Positions 7,823 through 15,125 of a stretch of DNA of 24,000 nucleotides are shown one piece after another. Below the pieces are notes generated by a model. That model was not told the origin of the DNA. It saw nothing but the letters and a program-made list of their open reading frames with translations, and searched no databases. The DNA comes from Clostridiaceae bacterium (lineage in GTDB: Bacteria > Bacillota > Clostridia > DSM-8532): the NCBI GenBank assembly GCA_012728015.1, contig JAAYFY010000003.1, forward strand, positions 6,872 through 30,871, given 5' to 3'. A program made the position numbers and the translations under genes. Within the stretch, counting starts at the first letter, position 1, and every line of letters starts with the position of its first letter.

Positions 7823-9244
7823 ATGAGCCTACTTGAAAACAAGTTCAAACTCAGGGAGAACGGCACAAATGTCAGAACCGAGTTCATTGCCGGCCTGACA
7901 ACTTTCTTCACCATGGCCTACATTATCTTTGTAAATCCCAACATTCTTGGGTTGGCCGGCACACCTGACAATCCATTTTCAAAGGGCGGGATTTATGTAG
8001 CCACCATTCTTGCGGCTGCTGTGGCTACCCTGATCATGGGCCTGGTTGCCAATGTACCCTATGCCCAGGCTCCGGGAATGGGCCTTAATGCCTTCTTTAC
8101 CTTTACAGTAAGCATGGGCCTTGGATTCACCTGGCAGCAGGCTCTGGCAATGGTCTTTGTATGCGGTATTATCAACATCATCATTACGGTTACCCAGGTA
8201 AGGAAAGCAATAATAAAGTCTATTCCAAAATCGCTCCAATACGCCATCGGCGGCGGTATTGGACTTTTTATTGCCTATATCGGCTTTAAGAGCGCCGGAT
8301 TCCTGAAATTCACCACTGAAGCGCCATATATCTATGCCGATGAATTCACCACCGTCGGTCATGGTGCCAATGTTGTACCCGCACTGGTCAATTTCTCCAG
8401 CGCCGGGGCTCAGCTGGCGCTCATCGGTCTGGCTATCACCGCTATTCTGATGATATTGAAGGTTAAGGGCGCCATCCTGATTGGTATTATCGCCACCACC
8501 ATAATCGGTATTCCCATGGGCGTTACCGATACAAGCCTTTCCAATCCCTACCAGGTTTCCGATATCGCGGATACCGCATTCAAGCTTGATTTTGCCGGTC
8601 TTTTCTCAAGCCCTGAAAAAATAGGTATTATCCTTGTAACCATCCTGGCCTTCAGCCTCACCGACACGTTCGATACCATCGGAACCTTTATCGGAACCGG
8701 ACGCAAGAGCGGTATCTTTGACGATAAGGATGAGGCTGCCCTGTTCAGCAGCAGGGGCTTTAAGTCAAAGATGGACAAGGCCCTGTTTGCCGATGCTACC
8801 GCCACATCCATAGGCGCATTGCTCGGGACCTCCAATACCACCACCTATGTAGAGAGCGCGGCCGGTATCAGCGCTGGCGGTAAAACCGGATTGACCTCGG
8901 TATTTACAGCCATATTCTTCCTCATATGCCTCGTGTTTGCCCCGATAGCCGGCGTTGTTCCCGCCGAGGCAACAGCTCCGGCGCTGATCATCGTGGGTAT
9001 CCTCATGATGGATTCACTGGGCAAGATAAACTGGGGTGAATTTGAAGAAGCCCTGCCGGCGTTCCTTACCGCTGTTTCCATGCCTCTTGCTTACAGCATT
9101 TCGGTAGGTATTTCGGTCGGCTTTATCTTCTATGTTCTTACAAAGGTGGTCAGGGGCAAGTTCAAGGAAGTCCATCCTGTCATGTATGTGGTTACCATAC
9201 TGTTTATCATCAACTATATTCTTACCGGTGTATTGCAGCTTTGA
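7823..9244 (+). CDS. NCS2-family (AzgA/PbuG-type) adenine/guanine/hypoxanthine permease
   Basis: 473-aa polytopic protein. MSLLENKFKLRENGTNVRTEFIAGLTTFFTMAYIIFVNPNIL is the characteristic AzgA-type N-terminus. The RBS is AGGAGGG. Confidence 0.9.
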   Translation: MSLLENKFKLRENGTNVRTEFIAGLTTFFTMAYIIFVNPNILGLAGTPDNPFSKGGIYVATILAAAVATLIMGLVANVPYAQAPGMGLNAFFTFTVSMGLGFTWQQALAMVFVCGIINIIITVTQVRKAIIKSIPKSLQYAIGGGIGLFIAYIGFKSAGFLKFTTEAPYIYADEFTTVGHGANVVPALVNFSSAGAQLALIGLAITAILMILKVKGAILIGIIATTIIGIPMGVTDTSLSNPYQVSDIADTAFKLDFAGLFSSPEKIGIILVTILAFSLTDTFDTIGTFIGTGRKSGIFDDKDEAALFSSRGFKSKMDKALFADATATSIGALLGTSNTTTYVESAAGISAGGKTGLTSVFTAIFFLICLVFAPIAGVVPAEATAPALIIVGILMMDSLGKINWGEFEEALPAFLTAVSMPLAYSISVGISVGFIFYVLTKVVRGKFKEVHPVMYVVTILFIINYILTGVLQL

Positions 9245-9273
9245 TGAGCATTCCTGAATAAACGACACCAGCA

Positions 9274-9303
9274 GGGGCCGCCCGTTGGGGCGGCCCTTTT
9301 CTG
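9274..9303 (+). terminator. Rho-independent terminator after the permease
   Basis: GGGGCCGCCC-gttg-GGGCGGCCCT is followed by TTTTCTG. Confidence 0.85.
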
Positions 9304-9436
9304 TATGGCAGGCAGGTCCATTATGGATCAGTCCAGGCTATAAAAATCCGAAGCAAGCCAGGAAAAGGAAATTATTAATAGATTGTTCATCGATTTTTCA
9401 AAAGTTTGTTGTAAAATAATCATGGCAGCCCATACT

Positions 9437-9465
9437 TTGATGATGGCAGCGTCATGGCCTATAAT
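9437..9465 (+). promoter_or_regulatory. Candidate sigma-A promoter (TTGATG-17-TATAAT) of the two-component operon
   Basis: The hexamers lie at 9437-9442 and 9460-9465 with an exact 17-nt spacer. Confidence 0.45.
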
Positions 9466-9518
9466 AATAACTGATCCGGGCATCTTTGCCGAAAAACGTG
9501 AATGGGGCGGGTGCGGAC

Positions 9519-10205
9519 ATGAATGTCATGACCAGGGTTCTTGTTGTGGATGACGATATTAATATCTGTGAACTTATCAGGATCTACCTGGAGAAGGAAG
9601 GCTTTCAGGTGACGGTGTGCTATGATGGCCGGAAAGCCATTGAGTTGTTCAGGAATGAGACTCCGGACATCGTGATTCTGGACATTATGCTCCCCGGAAT
9701 GGACGGCTGGCAGGTATGCCGGGAAATCCGGCGCTTGAGCGATATTCCCATCATAATGCTTTCAGCCAAGGACGAAACCTTCAACAAGGTCTTAGGGCTG
9801 GAACTGGGCGCCGACGACTATATGGTAAAACCCTTCGAGCCGAAAGAGCTGGTGGCCAGGATCCGCGCGGTATTAAGACGGTTTGAGCGGCATGAGGACA
9901 CGCCGGATCAGGTTATTTATCCCGGCCTTATGATCAACAAGTCCACATACACGGTTAAAATAAACGGGAAGGATGTTGAGATGCCTCCCAAGGAGCTGGA
10001 GCTTCTTTACTTCCTCGCATCAAACCCCAACAAGGTTTTTACCAGGGAGCAGCTTCTCGAGAATGTATGGGGCTTTGATTTCTATGGCGACACGCGGACA
10101 GTGGATGTGCATATAAAAAGACTCCGGGAGAAATTTGAGCCCAATGAGAACAGGTGGTCCATAAAGACCGTTTGGGGCGTGGGCTACAAATTCGAGGTGA
10201 AGTAA
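9519..10205 (+). CDS. OmpR/PhoB-family response regulator (REC plus winged-helix domain)
   Basis: Motifs include VLVVDDD, ILDIMLPGMDG, MVKPF and a C-terminal VWGVGYKF. I prefer the ATG at 9519 (or 9528); the track start at 9486 is a TTG with no REC-like sequence. Confidence 0.9.
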   Translation: MNVMTRVLVVDDDINICELIRIYLEKEGFQVTVCYDGRKAIELFRNETPDIVILDIMLPGMDGWQVCREIRRLSDIPIIMLSAKDETFNKVLGLELGADDYMVKPFEPKELVARIRAVLRRFERHEDTPDQVIYPGLMINKSTYTVKINGKDVEMPPKELELLYFLASNPNKVFTREQLLENVWGFDFYGDTRTVDVHIKRLREKFEPNENRWSIKTVWGVGYKFEVK

Positions 10206-11689
10206 TGGGAAAATCCCTGTTTGGAAAGATATTAACCATCCTGGTGGCAGTGCTGACGGTCAGCTTTTCGGTTACCGGAGTCCTGCTGGGCGTTGGCCTT
10301 AACAGGCTCTCTGCCGACCAGAAGGCTGAACAGCTTCAAATGGTGGCTGAAAAGACCGAACAGGCTTTGGAATATTTTCTGAAACAGTTGAACGGCTTTT
10401 CGGACAGTATACTTTTTACCAATTATCTGGAGTCCGTCGCAGAGAACTCAGGTTCCATTATCTGGGTGGCCAGGACCGATGGGTCCCTTCTCTTCTACTC
10501 ATCTACTCCAAAATCGGTTATAGACAGCCTTGAGAAAAATGATGAAGGATGGTACAGCCTTCCCGACGAATGGCAGGATGAGCCCCTCAAGCGGGGCTAC
10601 AGCAGGCAAAGCGGTGATTTTTACGGTCTGTTCCGGGGTACGGGAGAGGAATGGGTTACTGTGTCCAAGTACTTCAGCATGCCGGATGTGCCTCCTTTCG
10701 GCATAACAGCCGAAGGCATAATCCTGGTCCATTCAAAGCTTCCCACCATGAGGAACACAAAATATTCGGTCCCCAGAATCTTTCTTATATCGGGGGGTAT
10801 AGGCTCTTTAGCGGCTCTGCTGCTGGTATTTGTATTGACGCGCCGTCTTGTCAGGCCCCTGGCCGAGATGAAACAGGCTGCTGGCAGGATCGCGTCAGGT
10901 GATTTCAACAAACGTATTGCCATACGCGGCGAAGATGAAATCGCAGAGCTTTCCAGGAGCTTCAACTACATGGTGGACGCGCTGGAGAACCTTGAGAATA
11001 CGCGGCGTGAGTTTTTGAGCAATATTTCCCACGAGCTCAGAACCCCCATGACCACCATCAAGGGTTTTATAGACGGCATACTTGATGGTGTTATCACGTC
11101 TGAAGACCAGAACGCATATCTTTCCCTCGTCAGGGACGAGGTTAAAAGGATGGAGAAGCTGGTTAATGACATCATGGACCTGGCAAGATTCCAGGCGGGG
11201 GAAACCAGGCTCAATATAACGGTATTTGACATCAACGAAAATATAAGGCGCTGTGTCATCAGCCTGCAGCATATGATCGTCAATAAAAACCTGGAGCTCA
11301 TGGCAGACTTCGAGACCGAGCGCCTTTTTGTCAGGGCCGACACTGATGCCATTCAGAGGGTTTTGCTTAACCTTCTTCACAATGCCGTCAAGTTTACGCC
11401 CGAAGGTGGGAAGATAACTGTCCGGACGTATGCGAAGAACAAAGTTTATGTGGAAGTTGAGGACAACGGGCCCGGTATACCAGAAGAGGAATTGCCCCAT
11501 ATCTTTGACCGCTTTTACAAGGCTGACAAATCCCGCGGTCTGGACAAGACAGGGGTCGGCCTGGGACTGGCTATCGCCAGGAACATCATCCTTTCCCATA
11601 ATGAAACCATCCGGGTTGAGAGCCAGGAGGGCAAAGGTTCCAGGTTCATATTTACGCTGCCCGGCGCGGATGGACCGGACGAATATTAA
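10205..11689 (+). CDS. Sensor histidine kinase (2 TM helices, periplasmic-type loop, HAMP, HisKA, HATPase_c)
   Basis: The H-box is SHELRTPMTTIKG, the N-box LLHNAVKFT, G1 DNGPGI and G2 GVGLGLAI. The ATG at 10205 overlaps the regulator's stop (TAATG). Confidence 0.9.
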   Translation: MGKSLFGKILTILVAVLTVSFSVTGVLLGVGLNRLSADQKAEQLQMVAEKTEQALEYFLKQLNGFSDSILFTNYLESVAENSGSIIWVARTDGSLLFYSSTPKSVIDSLEKNDEGWYSLPDEWQDEPLKRGYSRQSGDFYGLFRGTGEEWVTVSKYFSMPDVPPFGITAEGIILVHSKLPTMRNTKYSVPRIFLISGGIGSLAALLLVFVLTRRLVRPLAEMKQAAGRIASGDFNKRIAIRGEDEIAELSRSFNYMVDALENLENTRREFLSNISHELRTPMTTIKGFIDGILDGVITSEDQNAYLSLVRDEVKRMEKLVNDIMDLARFQAGETRLNITVFDINENIRRCVISLQHMIVNKNLELMADFETERLFVRADTDAIQRVLLNLLHNAVKFTPEGGKITVRTYAKNKVYVEVEDNGPGIPEEELPHIFDRFYKADKSRGLDKTGVGLGLAIARNIILSHNETIRVESQEGKGSRFIFTLPGADGPDEY

Positions 11690-11788
11690 TAACAGGACGG
11701 TTCTCAGATAATGTTTACAGTTTATTCATACGCAATACATATATTACCCCTATAATGAAATCGACAAAAAGAGAAAGGAGATGTCAGG

Positions 11789-13171
11789 ATGAATGGTTTT
11801 GGAGATCATGGACCAAACAATTACCATGGGGATCCCGCGGAAGAGGACAGATCCTTTAAAGCCCGATACAGGTATGAGGTGAATCCTGTTGACCAGCCAT
11901 TGGAAGATAAGTATGACGACCTGAAAACGTCATCATTCTATAATGAGGGGTACAAAAAGCCGGGCAGAGGGAGGCTTAAAGGATTGCTGACCCCCTTGCT
12001 CATGGTGGCCCTGATAAGCTCCCTGCTTACAGGCGGACTGGTAGCCTCCTATTTTGTCTTTGTCACGCCTTCGGCGAATGCTTCTGATGCCCGGCAGGAC
12101 AAGACTGGCAATAGCAATATAATAGCTGAGGGCACAGGCATCAAACAGGTGGAAATAATTAATACCACCGAATCCCCCGTGGTTGCGGTTGCTGAGAAAG
12201 CAAGCCCTTCCATTGTTGGTATTGATGTCAAGTATGTATACAGCGACCTGTGGTTCGGACAGCATGAAAGGAGCGGCCAGGGTTCAGGCATAGTTTACAG
12301 GAGCGACGGTTACATCGTCACCAACAACCATGTCATTGAAGCCGCCATGGATGGGGGCAGCAAGAACAAGATTGCCAAAGGCGCTTCCATACAGGTTATT
12401 CTCCCCAACCGTATTGATGAACCTTATGATGCTGTTGTTATAGGCAGAGACCCAAGAACCGACATCGCCGTACTCAGGATAGACGCGACAGATCTGCCCG
12501 CTGCCGAGTTTGGTGATTCAGACTCGCTGAAGGTGGGCGAAATGGCTGTGGCTATTGGCAACCCTGCCGGGCTGGAGTTCATGGGTTCAGTAACCGTGGG
12601 GTATATAAGCGGCCTTAATCGCTCCATCACATTTGATGACGGAAGAAGCATGAAGCTTATCCAGACCGATGCGGCTATCAACCCCGGAAACAGCGGCGGC
12701 GCGCTGCTGAATGCAAAAGGTCAGGTCATCGGTGTGAATTCGGCCAAGATCTATTCCGGTGGATATGAAGGGATCGGGTTTGCCATTCCCGTGAACATAG
12801 CCCGTGAGGTAGCCGATTCACTGATAGAAAGCGGTTATGTCAAAGGCAGGCCGCAGATTGGGGTTAAGATAGATCCGAGATTCTCGGAGGAGATTGCCAG
12901 GAGAAATGGTGTTCCCTATGGCGCCATGGTCTGGGATGTATCCCCGCTGAGCGCTGCCTACAGGGCGGGCATCAGGCCCGGAGATATCATAACCAAGTTC
13001 AACGGTGTAACCGTAACAGACTATTATGAGCTTGAAGCCGAAAAGAACAAATACAAAGCCGGGGATACCGTTGAAATAGAAGTTTACAGAATGCCTGAAA
13101 AGGGAAAGCCCTCGGATGGGGTCTATAAAACATTCTCGGTTACCCTTGACGAGGACCAGGGCGACGGATAA
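11789..13171 (+). CDS. htrA: HtrA/DegP-family (S1C) serine protease with an N-terminal membrane anchor and a C-terminal PDZ domain
   Basis: The catalytic triad context is TNNHVIE, DIAVLRI and GNSGGAL. A PDZ-like region follows (GIRPGDIITKFNG). There is a TM segment near residues 66-90. The RBS is AAGGAG, and a TATAAT lies at 11751-11756. Confidence 0.9.
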   Translation: MNGFGDHGPNNYHGDPAEEDRSFKARYRYEVNPVDQPLEDKYDDLKTSSFYNEGYKKPGRGRLKGLLTPLLMVALISSLLTGGLVASYFVFVTPSANASDARQDKTGNSNIIAEGTGIKQVEIINTTESPVVAVAEKASPSIVGIDVKYVYSDLWFGQHERSGQGSGIVYRSDGYIVTNNHVIEAAMDGGSKNKIAKGASIQVILPNRIDEPYDAVVIGRDPRTDIAVLRIDATDLPAAEFGDSDSLKVGEMAVAIGNPAGLEFMGSVTVGYISGLNRSITFDDGRSMKLIQTDAAINPGNSGGALLNAKGQVIGVNSAKIYSGGYEGIGFAIPVNIAREVADSLIESGYVKGRPQIGVKIDPRFSEEIARRNGVPYGAMVWDVSPLSAAYRAGIRPGDIITKFNGVTVTDYYELEAEKNKYKAGDTVEIEVYRMPEKGKPSDGVYKTFSVTLDEDQGDG

Positions 13172-13200
13172 AAGCATGATATAACCTGGACGTAAATACA

Positions 13201-13229
13201 GGCCGGCTGAAATTCTTCAGCCGGCTTTT
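13201..13229 (+). terminator. Rho-independent terminator after htrA
   Basis: A perfect 10-bp stem, GCCGGCTGAA-att-TTCAGCCGGC, is followed by TTTT. Confidence 0.9.
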
Positions 13230-13296
13230 GCGTTCGTTACATTTAAACAGGCGTTTGTTACATTTCGTCAAAAATACTGTATTTCCATGCTATACT
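13230..13296 (+). promoter_or_regulatory. Activator-type promoter of agrBD: two 15-bp direct repeats (candidate LytTR sites) plus a -10 TATACT
   Basis: GCGTTCGTTACATTT (13230-13244) and GCGTTTGTTACATTT (13251-13265) match at 14 of 15 positions and are spaced 21 bp start to start. They abut a poor -35 region, with TATACT at 13291-13296. Confidence 0.6.
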
Positions 13297-13324
13297 TGTG
13301 ACTATATTGGCGGATGGTGATGAT

Positions 13325-13909
13325 ATGTTCGACAAGTGCGGGTCCAGACTGGCCGGGGTATTGAGCGAACACCGCGTCATCAGGGAAGAAGACAAGGAGA
13401 TCATTGTTTATGGGCTGGACGCGCTGTTGTCCACCTTGGCAAATCTTGTCGTCATAATCGTTCTGGGGCTCTTGCTGGGACAGTTCGTGCAGACCGTAGT
13501 GTTCCTTGTATCCTTTGCCTCTCTGAGAGTTTTTGCGGGAGGTTACCATGCCAGGACCCGGTTAGGATGTACGGCAACATTCATCATCATATATCTTGCG
13601 GGAATGGCATTGCAGCACTATACCCCGGATATGCTCGTGATGCCGGCGGCAATCTGCCTTGCCCTGGTATCACTTGCTTCTGTGTTCGCACTGGCTCCCA
13701 TTGAGCATCCGAACAGGCCGTTCCAGGATAACGAGTACCGGGTTTTCAAGGTGGCAAGCCGGGCCGTTGCCGGTTTGGAAACCTTATTGGTCATTTTTGG
13801 GACCGCATTCACCGGATATGGGAATCTGGCCTATTGTATATCCCTGGCTATGCTGGGAGTTACAGTAGTTCTTATATTAGCCGGAAAGCTTGGATTAAGG
13901 GGTGAGTAA
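13325..13909 (+). CDS. agrB: AgrB-family membrane peptidase (processes the AgrD propeptide)
   Basis: Polytopic protein. LRVFAGGYHARTRLGCT has His and Cys 7 residues apart, as in S. aureus AgrB H77/C84. I prefer the ATG at 13325 because the GTG at 13298 lies at or upstream of the predicted transcription start. Confidence 0.85.
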   Translation: MFDKCGSRLAGVLSEHRVIREEDKEIIVYGLDALLSTLANLVVIIVLGLLLGQFVQTVVFLVSFASLRVFAGGYHARTRLGCTATFIIIYLAGMALQHYTPDMLVMPAAICLALVSLASVFALAPIEHPNRPFQDNEYRVFKVASRAVAGLETLLVIFGTAFTGYGNLAYCISLAMLGVTVVLILAGKLGLRGE

Positions 13910-13911
13910 TT

Positions 13912-14082
13912 GTGTTTTTAAAGGGAATCGCATTGTCGCTTGGTAAGCTTCTCGCCGTGCTCGCAGCTTTTGCCGCTCTTGCCAGTCGCTTTACAAGCTG
14001 TCTGATTATCGTTTATCAGCCTAAGATGCCTCAGAAGGTCAGAACATTGAAAGGAGCAGGCAGCATAATAAATCATACGTAA
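13912..14082 (+). CDS. agrD: AgrD-type autoinducing-peptide precursor (56 aa), absent from the supplied ORF track
   Basis: The GTG at 13912 lies 2 nt after the agrB stop and is preceded by AAGGGGTGA. It translates as MFLKGIALSLGKLLAVLAAFAALASRFTSCLIIVYQPKMPQKVRTLKGAGSIINHT. This gives an amphipathic leader, a single Cys, a hydrophobic pentad CLIIV and a Y-Q-P-K-M-P motif that matches my recollection of clostridial AgrD (YEPKMPEEL). Confidence 0.75.
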   Translation: MFLKGIALSLGKLLAVLAAFAALASRFTSCLIIVYQPKMPQKVRTLKGAGSIINHT

Positions 14083-14231
14083 GGTTATCAGCCCAACACG
14101 CTGTACCAACCAATCGGGCTGAAGCAACAGATAATTATGTTCGGCCGGAATCCGCCTCCTATCCCTGACCCCCCCCGCACGGGACAAGCGCGCGGTTCCA
14201 GCAGGCAGCATGCTCGGACATAATTATCCGA

Positions 14232-14269
14232 AAAGCATCGTGTACACCCTCACGGTGCTTTTCATTTTT
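14232..14269 (+). terminator. Probable rho-independent terminator of agrBD
   Basis: AAGCATCGTG-tacaccc-CACGGTGCTT forms a stem with one G-U pair. TTCATTTTT follows. Confidence 0.6.
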
Positions 14270-14313
14270 CCTGCCGCCCGGAAGAACCCCTCGACAGCCA
14301 TTTATTTGTTTGG

Positions 14314-14343
14314 TTGAAAAAAAGATGAAGAATTTGATATAAT
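14314..14343 (+). promoter_or_regulatory. Candidate sigma-A promoter (TTGAAA-18-TGaTATAAT) of the LytTR regulator and kinase operon
   Basis: The -35 is at 14314-14319 and the extended -10 is at 14335-14343. It sits about 55 nt upstream of the ATG at 14397. Confidence 0.5.
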
Positions 14344-14396
14344 GAATCATCACATACCATTTTTTATGGTAATATGTAAGATCTTGCGGGGGAAAC

Positions 14397-15125
14397 ATGC
14401 GAATAGGGTTTTGCGATGATGACAGGGTTTTCCTGGAGCTCCTGGCCGTATACTGCAGAGAGTGCCTGCCTTTTGTCGATCAAGATGAACAGGTTGATGC
14501 GGAGTGCATGTCTTCAGGCGAGAAACTTCTGGAATCATACCGCCGGGGCAAAACCTTTGACATCCTGTTTATTGATTTGAAAATGAAAGGGCTAAATGGC
14601 TTTGAAACTGCCCGTCAGATCCGGATGGTTGATAACCGGGTAATCATCATCTTCGTCACTTCCCTGGCCCATTGTGTGATGAAATGCTTTGAATACAAGC
14701 CATTCTGGTACCTGATCAAGCCTGTGACCCGGAAGAGTTTCAAAAATGTGTTCATGAAGGCTGTTGCCGAGTATATGTCCGCCAACCGCGCCGAATATGC
14801 TTTCAGCACCAGGACCGATGGAACCACAAAGCTCAGTATCGGAAACATTATATACCTGGAAAGCATTTCCCGCCGGATCAGGCTGCATGCCGCGGACGGT
14901 GATTATTTCTTTTATGCCGGCATAAACGAAGAGGAAAAAAAGCTCTCAAAATATGATTTTATCCGAATCCATAAGAGCTACCTGGTCAATCCCCATTATA
15001 TAAAACAGATCAACCGCAGCTGGCTGACCCTCAAGGACGGTCAGCGTCTGCCTGTAAGCGAACGTCGTTACAAGGCTATATATGACTTATATACAGATTA
15101 CCTGGCAAGGAGCTCTTTGTCATGA
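14397..15125 (+). CDS. LytTR-family response regulator (REC plus LytTR DNA-binding domain), AgrA-like
   Basis: The REC domain shows MRIGFCDDD and DILFIDLKM. The C-terminal LytTR-like region shows IIYLES, FIRIHKSYLVN and LPVSERRYK. Confidence 0.9.
   Translation: MRIGFCDDDRVFLELLAVYCRECLPFVDQDEQVDAECMSSGEKLLESYRRGKTFDILFIDLKMKGLNGFETARQIRMVDNRVIIIFVTSLAHCVMKCFEYKPFWYLIKPVTRKSFKNVFMKAVAEYMSANRAEYAFSTRTDGTTKLSIGNIIYLESISRRIRLHAADGDYFFYAGINEEEKKLSKYDFIRIHKSYLVNPHYIKQINRSWLTLKDGQRLPVSERRYKAIYDLYTDYLARSSLS

Noticed and set aside
9486-10204. Longer N-terminal extensions given by the ORF track for the response regulator (TTG at 9486) and the kinase (10154)
   Set aside because: The extensions add sequence that does not resemble the domains. 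Internal ATGs at 9519 and 10205 give canonical N-termini and stop/start coupling.
10895-11599. 234-aa minus-strand ORF antisense to the histidine kinase gene
   Set aside because: It is fully embedded in a CDS with canonical H, N and G boxes on the other strand and shows no recognisable features.
13918-14211. 97-aa minus-strand ORF opposite agrD
   Set aside because: The plus-strand reading has an RBS, sits tightly next to agrB and shows the full AgrD architecture. The minus-strand translation is Arg/Leu-rich noise.
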